From assembly GCA_963826525.1 (NCBI GenBank), contig CAWGXH010000004.1, forward strand, positions 1,440,001 through 1,504,000: a stretch of DNA of 64,000 nt. Direction: 5' to 3'. Under the pieces are notes generated by a model. It searched no databases, was not told where the DNA came from, and saw only the letters and a program-made list of their open reading frames with translations. Shown piece after piece: positions 41,555 through 52,129 of the stretch (position 1 is the first letter of the stretch; the number at the start of each line of letters is the position of its first letter). The position numbers and the translations under genes are program-made. The stretch is from an uncultured Methanomicrobiaceae archaeon. GTDB taxonomy: Archaea; Halobacteriota; Methanomicrobia; Methanomicrobiales; Methanoculleaceae.

Positions 41555-42325
41555 ATGGAGGCGCTGTACGAACGTCTCCTGCGGCTGCAGATACGGTACG
41601 TGCCCCGGCACATCGCGGTGATCCAGGACGGAAACCGCCGCTTCGCGAAGACTCACGGCATGCAGAACGCCGAAGGGCATAAGCTCGGTGCCGACACCAC
41701 CGAGAAGGTCCTCGACTGGGCGTCGGATCTCGGCATCAAATACATTACGCTCTACGCCTTCTCGACCGAGAACTTTCGGAGGGAGACGGACGAACTCGAC
41801 GCCCTCTTCGCTCTCTTCAAACAGAAGTTCCGTGCCGTCATGGCCGACGAACGGGTGCATCGGAATAGGATCCGGGTGCAGATGATCGGCGACCGCTCCC
41901 TCCTCCCGGCCGATCTCCTGCAGACGGTGAAGGAGGCCGAGGATACCACCCGGGAGTATACCGGCTACTACATAAACATCGCTCTGGCGTACGGCGGCAG
42001 AAACGAGATCGTGCACGCCGCCCGCTCCATCCTCCGGGAGGTGGAGGACGGCCTGCTCACGGTGGACGATATCGATGCCGACCTCGTGGAGGGGCACCTC
42101 AACCGCGGCATGCGTATCCCCCCCGTCGACCTGATCGTCCGGACCGGGAACGACTGCCGGACCTCGAACTTCCTGCCGTGGCTTGCAAACGGGCACGAAT
42201 CCGCGGTCTACTTCTGTGCCCCCTTCTGGCCGTCGTTCCGCAAGATCGATCTCCTGCGGGCGATGCGGGTCTACGACCAGAGGATGCGCCTAAAAGAACG
42301 GCTGCAGACTCCCGGCATCGAATAA
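41555..42325 (+). CDS. uppS: cis-prenyltransferase (polyprenyl diphosphate synthase), catalytic subunit
   Basis: HIAVIQDGNRR, YAFSTENF, YGGRNEI, RTGNDCRTSNFLPW. Confidence 0.95.
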   Translation: MEALYERLLRLQIRYVPRHIAVIQDGNRRFAKTHGMQNAEGHKLGADTTEKVLDWASDLGIKYITLYAFSTENFRRETDELDALFALFKQKFRAVMADERVHRNRIRVQMIGDRSLLPADLLQTVKEAEDTTREYTGYYINIALAYGGRNEIVHAARSILREVEDGLLTVDDIDADLVEGHLNRGMRIPPVDLIVRTGNDCRTSNFLPWLANGHESAVYFCAPFWPSFRKIDLLRAMRVYDQRMRLKERLQTPGIE

Positions 42326-42344
42326 CGCCGCCCGGGTGTCGGTC

Positions 42345-42935
42345 TCACGTTCCGAAACGGCGGGCTCGTGACTGGTAGTCGCGCAGTGCCCGCAAAAAAT
42401 CTACTTTTCGAAGCAGCGCCCAGTTGACGTCGAGGAAGAAGAGCTCCGAGTACACCGACTGCCAGATGAGAAAATCGGTCAGGTGGTCGCCGCCGGTCTT
42501 GATGACGAGATCGGGCTCGTACGAAAAGGTGAGGCACGACTCGATCAGTGCTTCGTCGACATCCTCGGGATTCACCCCGTGCTGTGCCATCTTCCTGATG
42601 CAGGTTGTGATCTCCTCCCGTCCGCTCTTCCCGATCGCCACCGTCACGTCGATCCCGCTGCCGGTAACCTCCTGCTGCTCTTGATAGTGTATGGTCAGGC
42701 GGGCGATAGCCCCGATGGAGCGAATCCCGGGGAGGTGCCCTGCGAGCCGCTCGGGCTCCTCCGTGCTGACATGGAACATAACGTGATCGATACCGAGCTC
42801 GATGCACCACTCGGTGATCGTATACAGGTTCTCCGGCGCCCCGGCCAGATCCTCTCCGGTGATCATGAAACAGACCTTCTCCGGAAGCGTGGAGAGGTTC
42901 CTTCGAAGGATCTTCTCGTACAGCCAGTAGATCAC
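42345..42935 (-). CDS. cis-prenyltransferase-like protein lacking the catalytic DGN motif (NgBR/Nus1-like subunit)
   Basis: SGREEI, PDLVIKTGG, LTDFLIWQSVYSEL, C-terminal RRFG; no DGNRR. Confidence 0.85.
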   Translation of the reverse strand: MIYWLYEKILRRNLSTLPEKVCFMITGEDLAGAPENLYTITEWCIELGIDHVMFHVSTEEPERLAGHLPGIRSIGAIARLTIHYQEQQEVTGSGIDVTVAIGKSGREEITTCIRKMAQHGVNPEDVDEALIESCLTFSYEPDLVIKTGGDHLTDFLIWQSVYSELFFLDVNWALLRKVDFLRALRDYQSRARRFGT

Positions 42936-42938
42936 GAT

Positions 42939-44639
42939 TCACCACTCCAGCAGCTTGGCAAGCGGGTAAGTATTGAGAATATCGGGAGCCGTGCACCATC
43001 CCCGCCGTGCGAGCGTGATGCCGTAGTGCATATTGGAAAACTCCGGCGTCCTGTGGCTATCTGTTCCTACTGCCAGTTTCACTCCTTTTTCCTTGGCTTG
43101 TCTGATATAAATATCATCCAGATCGAGTCGGTGCGGGGAGGCGTTGATCTCGAGTGCCGTCCCCACCTCCGCCGCCCGTTCGATCACCCGCGCAAGGTCG
43201 ACCGCGTAGGGCGGTCTCCGACCGAGGAGCCTGCCGGTCGGATGGCCGATGATATCGACGTGCTCGTTCTCGACCGCCGAGAGGATGCGTCGGGTAATCT
43301 GATCCTCCTCCTGCTTGAAACCCGAGTGGACCGAGGCGATCACGAGGTCGAGATCGGCGAGTATTTTCCCGGCAAGGCCGAGGGATCCGTCGCCCATGAT
43401 ATCTACCTCGACGCCGGAGAGGAGCGTGCAGGTGTGCCCCCTGTTGGTATGCTCGATCTCGCTCTGCTGCCTCTGCAGGGCGTCGGTGCCGAGTCCGTGG
43501 GCGACGCCGAGGCTCGAGGAGTGATCGGTGATGAGGATATACTCGTAGCCGAGTTGGTCGCCGCGGGATGCGATATCTTCGAGCGTCTGGCGCCCGTCGC
43601 TCCATACCGTATGGCAGTGCAGATCGCCCCGCACGTCCGGGAGATCGACGAGGGCGGGGAGCGCATCCGTGAGAGCGAGCTCGACCTCCCCCCTGTCCTC
43701 GCGGATCTCGGGGGGGATGTACCGCATCCCGAGCGCCCGGAAGAGATCGCCTTCGTCCGCGAAGGCCTGCAGCCCCCCCGAGTTCCGCTCCTCAAGACCG
43801 TACTCGTTCAGGGTGTACCCTCCGGCATTGGCAACCGCCCGTATCCTGATATTGAAGGCCTTCGACCCGGTCAGGTAGACGAGCATCGCCCCGTAGACAT
43901 CGGGGGTGGTATATCGGATATCCACCCGCCTGCCCCTGACGCGAAGCGACGTCTTTCTGCTGCCGTCATCGATCACCTCATCGGCAACGGCCGTAAGCCG
44001 GGGTCTGACGACATCCCGGCTTTCCAGCGTCACGATATCGATATCGCCGACGGTGGAAAGCCCGCGGCGGTAGCTTCCGGCGACGGTGAAGGTGTCCGGG
44101 AGAAGCACGCTCGTAACGATACGGACGATCGCATCTGCTTCCGCCCGGTTCATGCGCTCGTCCTTCTGCCGGAAACGGCTGACCGCACGGAGCATATTCT
44201 CCTCCTTCTTCGCTCCGAATCCCTTCAACGCCCGAATCCGGTGGTTCCTCGCAGCCCTGTCCAGGTCATCGATGCTCAGAATGCCGAGTTTCTTCCAGAG
44301 GACGTTGATGGTCTTCGGGCCGACGCCGTCGAGCTCCAGAAGTTCGATAAGCGTGCCCGGGATCTCCGCCCGGAGTTCCTCGAGCTCGCGGAATGTTCCG
44401 GTCTCTTCGATCTCTTTGATCTTCCGGGCGATCTGGCGCCCGATACCCCGAAGCGCAATGAGTTCCTCTTCGTCTCTTCCTGCCACGGATTCGCTCTGCC
44501 GCTCGATCTCCTGGGCCGCCCGGTAGTATGCCCTGACCTTGAATGGGTCGTCCCCGGAGATCTCGAGAAGCTGACCCATAAAGGTGAGAATCCCGGCAAC
44601 ATCCCGGTTCGTGACCTGCTGCGGATCGGAGCGCTCCAT
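42939..44639 (-). CDS. polX: DNA polymerase X with PHP exonuclease domain
   Basis: HhH motifs, AGSYRRG, GDIDIV, LTGSKAFN, GDLHCHT..SDG, TDH, HPTGR, TDSH. Confidence 0.95.
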   Translation of the reverse strand: MERSDPQQVTNRDVAGILTFMGQLLEISGDDPFKVRAYYRAAQEIERQSESVAGRDEEELIALRGIGRQIARKIKEIEETGTFRELEELRAEIPGTLIELLELDGVGPKTINVLWKKLGILSIDDLDRAARNHRIRALKGFGAKKEENMLRAVSRFRQKDERMNRAEADAIVRIVTSVLLPDTFTVAGSYRRGLSTVGDIDIVTLESRDVVRPRLTAVADEVIDDGSRKTSLRVRGRRVDIRYTTPDVYGAMLVYLTGSKAFNIRIRAVANAGGYTLNEYGLEERNSGGLQAFADEGDLFRALGMRYIPPEIREDRGEVELALTDALPALVDLPDVRGDLHCHTVWSDGRQTLEDIASRGDQLGYEYILITDHSSSLGVAHGLGTDALQRQQSEIEHTNRGHTCTLLSGVEVDIMGDGSLGLAGKILADLDLVIASVHSGFKQEEDQITRRILSAVENEHVDIIGHPTGRLLGRRPPYAVDLARVIERAAEVGTALEINASPHRLDLDDIYIRQAKEKGVKLAVGTDSHRTPEFSNMHYGITLARRGWCTAPDILNTYPLAKLLEW

Positions 44640-44813
44640 GCATAACAATCATCAGAAGGTGTATATAGTCGTTCACGGCGAAGAGGGGAGGTTCGCATCT
44701 CCGGTATGCCCGCTTCTCCCGGATCGCATCCCGGCACCGAACGTTGCCCTCTCCCGCCGGGCGCATGTCTGCATCCAAATCCATAACATCGTTGACGACG
44801 AAAAAATGAGAGA

Positions 44814-45443
44814 ATGCACCCCTCGACCTGCGAAGACTACCTTGAGGCGATCCACAATGCCGCACTGGGGAATCAGCGCCCGGTCACATTCGCCGAGATA
44901 GCGGAGGCGCTCGATGCCGATCAAGCGGCCGTCGAGGCAACAATTCCGGCACTGGTCGAGGAAGGCTATCTTCTCCTGCACGGGGATGGCGAAGTCCTGC
45001 TGACCGAGAAGGGCATGCACCGTGCGGCGAAGGTGGTCAGAAAACACAGCGTCCTGCAGTGTTTCCTAACCGAGATGCTCGGGATCGACACCGATGCTGC
45101 CTCACGGGAAGCGTGCACGCTCGAGCACGAGATCTCCGACGAGACGATCGATCGCCTCTCTTCGTATATCGACTGCCGGAAACCGGGTCATGGACCCCGG
45201 CGGCGGTGCGGCCGGGTGGCGGCATCGCTCCTTGACTTCGACGAAGGAGATACCCTCCGGGTCACCATGCTCAAAAGGCCCGGGTGCAATCGCCGGCTGA
45301 TGGATCTCGGCATCCTTCCCGGCGAAGTTATCGAGCTTCGGAGAAAGCTCCCGAACCGGTCGGTCATGGTGCGGGTAAAAGGGTGCGATATCGCCATCAG
45401 CCCTGAGATTGCCGCATCGATCTTCGTGGAGCCGTGCCGATGA
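44814..45443 (+). CDS. DtxR/MntR-family metal-dependent regulator with FeoA domain
   Basis: EDYLEAI, RKHSVL..FL, EACTLEHEIS, C-terminal RRLMDLGILPG (FeoA). Confidence 0.92.
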   Translation: MHPSTCEDYLEAIHNAALGNQRPVTFAEIAEALDADQAAVEATIPALVEEGYLLLHGDGEVLLTEKGMHRAAKVVRKHSVLQCFLTEMLGIDTDAASREACTLEHEISDETIDRLSSYIDCRKPGHGPRRRCGRVAASLLDFDEGDTLRVTMLKRPGCNRRLMDLGILPGEVIELRRKLPNRSVMVRVKGCDIAISPEIAASIFVEPCR

Positions 45444-47293
45444 AGGCCGCCCTTCTCGGCAACCCCGGCGTGGGGAAATCCCTGATCTTCAACCAGCTGA
45501 CGGGGCTTGGCGTGGAGGTGAGCAACTACCCGGGAACGACGGTGGAACTCCAGCGGGGCAATACCTGCTACCGGCGCGAGATCATCGAACTCATCGACCT
45601 CCCGGGAGTATACTCGCTCGACGGCACCTCCGACGAAGAACTTCTGGTGCAGCGGTTCCTCGGGCAGGATGGAGCCGACGTGATCATCGCCGTGCTGAAC
45701 GTCACCCGGCTCGAAAGAAATCTGTACCTGCTCCTGCAGGTTGCCGAGTACGGCCTGCCGATGATCGTCGTCCTGAATATGATCGACGAGGCGGCAGACC
45801 GGGGCTTTGAGGTCGATGCCGCGGCACTCCGGGATATCCTCGGGGTCGAGGTGCTGCTGACATCCGCTCTCGAAGGAAAGAACATCGACCGGATCGTCCC
45901 GTCCGCACTCTCCGACGCACGGCCGTCGACCGTAGAGGTTCCCTACGACCACCATATCGAAGCGGCCGTCCGGAGCCTTGCCAAGATGCTCGGCGCTGAG
46001 AGGGTCGAGAGCATGCAGGCGCTCGAAGGGATCGGCGACGATCCCGATCTCCTGGAAGCGGCGAAGACGATCGCCGATGAGATCGAGAGCCGTCACCGGA
46101 TGACCATCCCCCAGATCATCGCGGCCAACCGGCATAACTTCGCCCGGCAGATTGCGGATGCCATCACCGTGAAGGTCGAAGAGCCCGCGCCGGTCTTCGA
46201 CCTCGACCGTATCTTCACCCGGGTCGTCCCAGGCATCCCCGTGCTGATCGGGATCCTGCTCTCCATGCTCATCACCGTCTTCGTCGTCGGCAGCTGGATT
46301 GAAGAACTGATCGTCACCCTCTTCGAGACCTGGGTGATAACGCCCTTCATCGGCCTTGCCCTTCCGCCGTTCATCGAGACAATCGGTCTCTCGATCCTGC
46401 TTGCGCTCCAGGCAGGGTTCGGGATTGCGTTCCCGTATATCCTGCTCTTCTACATATTCATCTCGATCCTCGAGGACTCCGGGTACATGACCCGGGCGGC
46501 ATTCCTCGCCGATAAAGCGATGCACCGGGTCGGGATGCACGGGGGAGCGATCATCCCGATGACGCTTGCCTTCGGCTGCACCGTGCCCGCCGTAATGAGT
46601 ATACGGACGCTCAGGAGCAGGCGCGAGAGGATGATTGCGGCCTTTCTCGTCACCATGGTGCCCTGTTCGGCACGAACGGTCATTATTGCGGGTATCGTAT
46701 CGAGTTTCGTCGGGATCGGGGCTGCATTCAGCATCTACGGCATCGTCTTTACGCTGATTCTCATCACCGGTCTTCTGCTCTCCCGGGTGACGCCGGGCGA
46801 GCGGTTCGGGATGATCATGGAGATGGCTCCGCTCCGCCGGCCCGACCCGAACCTGGTGCTGAAGAAATCCTGGTCGCGTCTCTCCGAGTTTCTCTTCATC
46901 GCCATGCCGCTGCTGCTCATCGGCAGTGTCTTCCTCGGGCTGTTTGAGTTCTTCGGCCTGATGAACTCCTTCGCGGCGCTTGTCGCTCCCATCATGGAGG
47001 GTCTTTTAGGCCTTCCCGGGTATACTGCGACGGCGCTCATCTTCGGAATCCTTCGAAAGGAGATGGCATTCGAGACACTTGCGATCCTCGCCGGGACTGC
47101 CGATCTCGGTGCGGTGCTGACCGGCCTGCAACTCTACGTCTTTGCCATCGTCACGGTGCTCTTCGTTCCCTGCCTCTCCACGATCACCGTCCTTCACCGG
47201 GAGGTCGGGTCGAGGATAACCCTTGCGGTGACCCTGTACACGGTCTCGCTCGGGCTCATCGTCGGAGCACTTATAAATCTGGTCCTCGCGTAA
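45440..47293 (+). CDS. feoB: Ferrous iron transporter B
   Basis: GNPGVGKS, NYPGTTVE, DLPGVYSL, NMID, FGCTVPA, PCSAR, FVPCL. Confidence 0.96.
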   Translation: MKAALLGNPGVGKSLIFNQLTGLGVEVSNYPGTTVELQRGNTCYRREIIELIDLPGVYSLDGTSDEELLVQRFLGQDGADVIIAVLNVTRLERNLYLLLQVAEYGLPMIVVLNMIDEAADRGFEVDAAALRDILGVEVLLTSALEGKNIDRIVPSALSDARPSTVEVPYDHHIEAAVRSLAKMLGAERVESMQALEGIGDDPDLLEAAKTIADEIESRHRMTIPQIIAANRHNFARQIADAITVKVEEPAPVFDLDRIFTRVVPGIPVLIGILLSMLITVFVVGSWIEELIVTLFETWVITPFIGLALPPFIETIGLSILLALQAGFGIAFPYILLFYIFISILEDSGYMTRAAFLADKAMHRVGMHGGAIIPMTLAFGCTVPAVMSIRTLRSRRERMIAAFLVTMVPCSARTVIIAGIVSSFVGIGAAFSIYGIVFTLILITGLLLSRVTPGERFGMIMEMAPLRRPDPNLVLKKSWSRLSEFLFIAMPLLLIGSVFLGLFEFFGLMNSFAALVAPIMEGLLGLPGYTATALIFGILRKEMAFETLAILAGTADLGAVLTGLQLYVFAIVTVLFVPCLSTITVLHREVGSRITLAVTLYTVSLGLIVGALINLVLA

Positions 47294-47310
47294 GATCTGT
47301 ACAAGAATCA

Positions 47311-48027
47311 ATGTACCGCTATACGACGGGCATCCCGGTGGTGGACAACAACTTCCAGGGGCTCAAGGCAACCGGCAACATCCTCATTCTAGCCCCCCCG
47401 CTCTCCTACGCCGAGCAGATAGCATACCGGCTCGCATGCCCGGCGGAAGGGGAATGGACGATCGTCATGTCGACCGACGAGCGGGCAAGCGATGTTGTTA
47501 CGGACCTAAAGCGGCAGGGGGCGGATAAAAACCGGATCGGCGTCATCGATGCCATCACGAAGTGTTCCGTCCCGACCATCTCCGATACCTCCCGGGTGAA
47601 GTTTGTCACAAGCCCCATGGACCTCACCGGGATGGGGATCAAGTTCTCAAAGATGGCCGAGGATATGTGGAAGGAGAGCGTGACCATGGAGCCTCCCGGG
47701 CCGATGCCTCCGCCGATCCGGTTCTGCATCAACTCGGTCTCGACACTGCTCATGTACTTCCGCCTCGAGGTGACCTACCGGTTCCTCCACGTCATTACAA
47801 ACCGCGTGAAGAAACTCGAGGGGCTCGGGATATACCTCCTGAACAACGAGTCGTTCGACGACAAGACGCTCTCCACCATCAAGCAGCTGATGACCCTGAT
47901 CCTTGAGGTGAAGACCGTCGATGTCGGGATGGCGAACCAGTGGTACTTCAGGATCATCGGGATCAACGGGACGACCACGCAGTGGATCCAGTATCATATC
48001 GTGGACGGGCAACTCGTCTTCATATAG
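47311..48027 (+). CDS. KaiC/RAD55-like ATPase-fold protein with degenerate Walker A
   Basis: TTGIP, NILILAPP, SPMDLTGMGIK, NSVSTLLMY, YRFLHVITNRVK. Confidence 0.8.
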   Translation: MYRYTTGIPVVDNNFQGLKATGNILILAPPLSYAEQIAYRLACPAEGEWTIVMSTDERASDVVTDLKRQGADKNRIGVIDAITKCSVPTISDTSRVKFVTSPMDLTGMGIKFSKMAEDMWKESVTMEPPGPMPPPIRFCINSVSTLLMYFRLEVTYRFLHVITNRVKKLEGLGIYLLNNESFDDKTLSTIKQLMTLILEVKTVDVGMANQWYFRIIGINGTTTQWIQYHIVDGQLVFI

Positions 48028-48104
48028 AAATGCCGTGCAGGGAGATCGGTGAGTGAATGCTTCCGGTGATGGCGATCTCCTGATGGATAATCGAAGGTGA
48101 ACAG

Positions 48105-48857
48105 ATGCTGACGTTTGTGGGTCTTGGACTCTTTGATCTTAAGGATATCTCCCTGAAAGGGCTCGATGCCGTCCGGAAAGCGGATGCTGTCTTTCTTGAA
48201 GCGTATACCTCCCGGATGATGGGCTCGGGCGTTCCCGAGATGGAAGAGGTCTTTGGAAAAGAGATTGTCCTTCTCGGGCGGGATGATGTGGAACAGCACC
48301 CGGATGAGGTGATCCGCCGGGCCCGGGACGGCGATGTGGTCTTCCTCACCGGCGGCGACCCGATGGTCTCGACGACCCATGCGGATCTCAGAATCCGCGC
48401 GGCCGAGATGGGCGTTGCGACGTCGATCATCCACGCCTCGTCCATCTCGAGCGCCGTCTGCGGACTTTCCGGGCTGCAGAACTACCGGTTCGGAAAATCC
48501 TGTTCAATTCCGTTCCCGGCGAAAGGCTGGTTTCCGACGACCCCGCTTCAGACAATCCGCCAGAACCTCGACCTCAATCTGCATACGCTGGTGTACCTCG
48601 ATATCCAGCCTGACCGGTATATGCAGGTAGGGGAGGCGATAGCGATCATCGAGCGGATGGCAGAGACCCTGGAAACTCCTGCTCCGTCGCTGTACGTCGG
48701 GATCGCGCGGGCAGGCTCGGAGCACCCGCGGGTGGCGGCGGGAACGGGCGATCTGCTCAAAGCGGTGGACTTCGGACCGCCGCTCCATATCCTGATCGTA
48801 CCGGCCGACCTTCACCCGGTGGAGCACGAATACCTCCGGATCTTCGCGCGACTATGA
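48105..48857 (+). CDS. dph5: Diphthine synthase
   Basis: [44 protein letters not shown]. Confidence 0.96.
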   Translation: MLTFVGLGLFDLKDISLKGLDAVRKADAVFLEAYTSRMMGSGVPEMEEVFGKEIVLLGRDDVEQHPDEVIRRARDGDVVFLTGGDPMVSTTHADLRIRAAEMGVATSIIHASSISSAVCGLSGLQNYRFGKSCSIPFPAKGWFPTTPLQTIRQNLDLNLHTLVYLDIQPDRYMQVGEAIAIIERMAETLETPAPSLYVGIARAGSEHPRVAAGTGDLLKAVDFGPPLHILIVPADLHPVEHEYLRIFARL

Positions 48858-49429
48858 AATTATCGGTATTTGGGGAGCGGTATTGCCATCGGGTGGCGGG
48901 GGCGTGCCCGACCCCTCCCGAAGCGAGCATGCTGCGTGGGGTCGCCGGAGAGGTTCTGGAGATGGCCGCCGCCTACGGGAGTGACGGGTGCACCTTCCTT
49001 TGCACCGGTGACCGGGTGAATGCGCTGGCAAGTTTCACCTACGGGCTCGGGTGGCTCGATGCCGGCTGCGCTCTCGGGCTCATCCGGTCTGCCGGGAGCG
49101 AACGACTGCACCCCGGCAGCATCTCCGATCCGATCCCGGAAGCGCTGGCTGAGCACCTCCACGAGAAGACGGCCCGGTACGAGCGTATGCTCGCAGAAGC
49201 GATCTCCGCCGTCGAGGTGGGGCCCGATCGGGCAAGCCCGCTCTTTGGGGCGGCGGAGACGTTTGTCGCGGAAGCAAGCCGGGGGCACCTCTTCGGGAAC
49301 CTGCACCTGCGGGACGGCGAGTACGCGACTGCGCTTGCTCTCTTCAGTTACGGGTATGGCTGGCTCGATGCCGGCGTCCGTGCAGGTCTGCTCCGGATCA
49401 CCGGGCGACGAGGTCTCTTCACCGTCTAG
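48854..49429 (+). CDS. DUF357 protein (two tandem domains)
   Basis: [16 protein letters not shown] and [19 protein letters not shown]; typical dph5 neighbour. Confidence 0.85.
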   Translation: MKLSVFGERYCHRVAGACPTPPEASMLRGVAGEVLEMAAAYGSDGCTFLCTGDRVNALASFTYGLGWLDAGCALGLIRSAGSERLHPGSISDPIPEALAEHLHEKTARYERMLAEAISAVEVGPDRASPLFGAAETFVAEASRGHLFGNLHLRDGEYATALALFSYGYGWLDAGVRAGLLRITGRRGLFTV

Positions 49430-49682
49430 GAATGGGGCGGCTCCTCCGGTTTCGACACGTGCCCGGAACCGTGCTCCGACCGGATGATGCGTATCTCCGA
49501 CAGAGGTGCAGCCCCGTTCGAAAGGTGCGTACCGGGCGACGAAAACAGCGTTAAATAGTATCCGGAAGATACCATAATGGTTCAGCCTCTGATTATTCTG
49601 GTTGTACCCCCCGGCGTCAGCGGTAACCTGATCCCGTCCCCGCGGCTCACGATTCGGTCGGCGGTGTTCTGGAGCGTAGTAC

Positions 49683-50714
49683 ATGAAAAAGTCTCAGTGG
49701 AAGTGGCTCCTGGTCTCGGTCAGTTTCAGCACGCTCGTACTTATCCTAGTTCTCTACTTCACCGTCGACGAGACGACCCTTGAATACCTCAAGCAGGTTA
49801 ACCCCCGTTATCTCATCCTCGCGCTGCTGTTGCACGTCGGCGCCCTTGGTTTCTGGGCGCTCCGCATCCAGAAGATGACCGGGTCGCTCGGCTATCATGT
49901 CCGGTTCGGGCATTGCCTCAACCTGGTCTTCGCCAACCTGCTGGTTGCGTCGATCACACCGTCGCAGGCGGGCGGCGAACCGGTGCGGATTCACGAACTT
50001 TACCGTGCCGACGTGAAACTCGGCGATGCAACCGCCGTCGTCATCATGGAACGCGTGCTCGACGGCATCGTCCTCGGTGCGGCCGGTGCATTCGCGATGC
50101 TCTTCCTCGGGGGTTACTGGAGCAGCCTTGCTGCCGGTGTCAGCATCCTGATGTATGCGGCGTGGGGCTTCATCACGCTCTTCGTGCTCGTCTTCGTCTT
50201 CTCCGTAAAGAACCCCGACCACCTGAAACGCTTTTTAAGATGGATCTCGACGTGGATCGGGAGGAAATGGAAAATGAAGCGGCTTGAGAGCCTCCTCGCG
50301 ACGATCGACCGGGAGGTCGATAACTTCCACGAAAGTCTCGTGCGCTTCGTCAATCACGGAAAAGTAGGTCTCCTCTGGGGTTTCCTCTTCACCGGTCTCT
50401 TCTGGTCGGCGGAGTTCTTCATCGCATCCCTGCTTCTCCTCGGGCTCGGTCAGCCCCCCTTCTTCATCGAGTCGTTCGTCGTGCAGCTGATCATCGCGAT
50501 CATCATGATGCTTCCGCTCACCCCGGGCGGATCGGGGATCGCAGAGATCAGTGCCACGTCGCTCTACGGGCTCTTCGTGAACTCATCCATCGTCGGGGTC
50601 TTCGTCCTCCTCTGGAGGCTTATCCTGTACTACTTCAATATCGCCCTCGGCCTCCTTGCAAGCCTCTCGATCGTCCGGCGTGAGATCGTCGTGAGAACCG
50701 AGAAGGTACGATGA
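49683..50714 (+). CDS. LPG synthase TM-region / flippase-like membrane protein (UPF0104)
   Basis: ITPSQAGGEP, ERVLD, PLTPGGSGIAE, LWRLILYY. Confidence 0.9.
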   Translation: MKKSQWKWLLVSVSFSTLVLILVLYFTVDETTLEYLKQVNPRYLILALLLHVGALGFWALRIQKMTGSLGYHVRFGHCLNLVFANLLVASITPSQAGGEPVRIHELYRADVKLGDATAVVIMERVLDGIVLGAAGAFAMLFLGGYWSSLAAGVSILMYAAWGFITLFVLVFVFSVKNPDHLKRFLRWISTWIGRKWKMKRLESLLATIDREVDNFHESLVRFVNHGKVGLLWGFLFTGLFWSAEFFIASLLLLGLGQPPFFIESFVVQLIIAIIMMLPLTPGGSGIAEISATSLYGLFVNSSIVGVFVLLWRLILYYFNIALGLLASLSIVRREIVVRTEKVR

Positions 50715-50760
50715 TTCACCCCAAGTTTTAAACCCGATAAGGAGTATGTCAGGTGATCAC

Positions 50761-51207
50761 ATGTCTTCTCAGAGTTGCCACGTACAAGGGGTTTTCATGT
50801 CCGTCAGTGAGATGGGGGCCGCCCCGACGGTTGTGCTCGATGCTGACGGAAAAGGTACTATCCCGATCTACGTCGGGCTCTGGGAGGCTATCTCCATCAG
50901 CAACGCACTGAATATGGAGATGCTGCCTCGTCCCATCACGCACGATCTCATCATCGAGATGCTCAGAAGTTTCGGAATCTCGCTTGATGCCCTTCACATA
51001 GACTCGCTTGAGGAGGGCGTCTTCTATGCAAAACTCATTCTGAGGCAGGAGAGCCGGACAGAGGTGATGGACTGCCGGCCGAGCGACGGCATAGCGATTG
51101 CTCTGCGGTACGGGGCTCCCATTCTGATCGAGCCGGAGGTCATCCAGACGGCGTCGGTGAAGAAGGAAGAACTTCCGAAGATGGTCGATCTGAAAGAATA
51201 CCTCTGA
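50761..51207 (+). CDS. Bifunctional nuclease family (DUF151)
   Basis: IPIYVGLWEAISI, RPITHDL, GVFYAKL, DCRPSDGIAIALR. Confidence 0.93.
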   Translation: MSSQSCHVQGVFMSVSEMGAAPTVVLDADGKGTIPIYVGLWEAISISNALNMEMLPRPITHDLIIEMLRSFGISLDALHIDSLEEGVFYAKLILRQESRTEVMDCRPSDGIAIALRYGAPILIEPEVIQTASVKKEELPKMVDLKEYL

Positions 51208-51301
51208 TCCGGACGAGAACTTCTGCGGGGCGGTCAACCGGGGGGCGGGAAAAATGGTGGCCCGCGGAAGGCCATGCGTCGTCTGCCGCGGAGCCGGGAG
51301 A

Positions 51302-51595
51302 TTATCTACGCCGCTCGGCAAGCTCGGCGAGTATCTCGTCGATATCGATATCCGATGCCCGCAGGGCCACGAGGAAGTGGAACAGCAGGTCGGCACCTTC
51401 GGATACGGTTCGTTCCCTGACCTGATTCTTTGCGGCGAGGATGAACTCCACCGCCTCTTCGCCTACCTTTTCGAGTGCTTTATCGACGCCCTTGCGGTGC
51501 GTCAGAATACTGCTGACATACGAGTCTTCGGTAGGGTTCTCTGCACGCTCACAGATAACCCCCCAGAGCTCGGCGAGCACGTCATACGTCTGCAT
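51302..51595 (-). CDS. hisE: Phosphoribosyl-ATP pyrophosphatase
   Basis: SYVS, KVGEEAVE, EGADLLFH, ELAERR. Confidence 0.95.
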   Translation of the reverse strand: MQTYDVLAELWGVICERAENPTEDSYVSSILTHRKGVDKALEKVGEEAVEFILAAKNQVRERTVSEGADLLFHFLVALRASDIDIDEILAELAERRR

Positions 51596-52028
51596 TCTCT
51601 TCCTCCCTTACCTGAATGTCGCCGAGTTCCCGTCCGAGGAACCGTGCTATGAGGAGCCGTGCTTTCTCTATCATGCATCCCCCTTTCCCGATGGCGATGC
51701 CGAGATCGCTTTTCCTGACAAATACGTCGGTGCGCCCTTCGGCGGCGGATTGCACCGCCAGAATCTCCGCCGGTTTGAATACGTTCTGTATGAATGCAAC
51801 GGGTTCCTGGGCGAACTCTACCATCTCTACCCGGCGCCCGAGGACTTTCTGCATCTTCTTGATATTTGCCCCCTTTCTGCCGATCGCAAGCCCCATGTCC
51901 CCTTCCCTGATGACATAAATGATGCGATCGAAGCGTTCGTCGATAATACAGTCAACGGCTGTAGCTTTTGTGAGAATCCGGAGCTCTTCGATATATCGTC
52001 TTTCTTTAAAGCATATCGTTCGATTCAT
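51582..52028 (-). CDS. nusA: Archaeal NusA-like protein (two KH domains)
   Basis: DCIID, MGLAIGRKGANIK, LGIAIGKGG; located outside the rpo/S12 operon. Confidence 0.85.
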   Translation of the reverse strand: MNRTICFKERRYIEELRILTKATAVDCIIDERFDRIIYVIREGDMGLAIGRKGANIKKMQKVLGRRVEMVEFAQEPVAFIQNVFKPAEILAVQSAAEGRTDVFVRKSDLGIAIGKGGCMIEKARLLIARFLGRELGDIQVREEENADV

Positions 52029-52129
52029 TGAATTAATCCCCAATGGGCATGGTGTGAGATCATATGGTCGCTGAGATGATAAATAGGGTAAGTACGGTGT
52101 ATGTTAAAACCGGATTGGGGCGCCAACCT

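Noticed and set aside
42483-44645. 720-aa plus-strand ORF and many other long antisense or overlapping ORFs (for example 5536-6612, 45188-46540, 61866-63059)
   Set aside because: Shadow ORFs opposite well-supported genes, expected from high GC3; no recognisable motifs.
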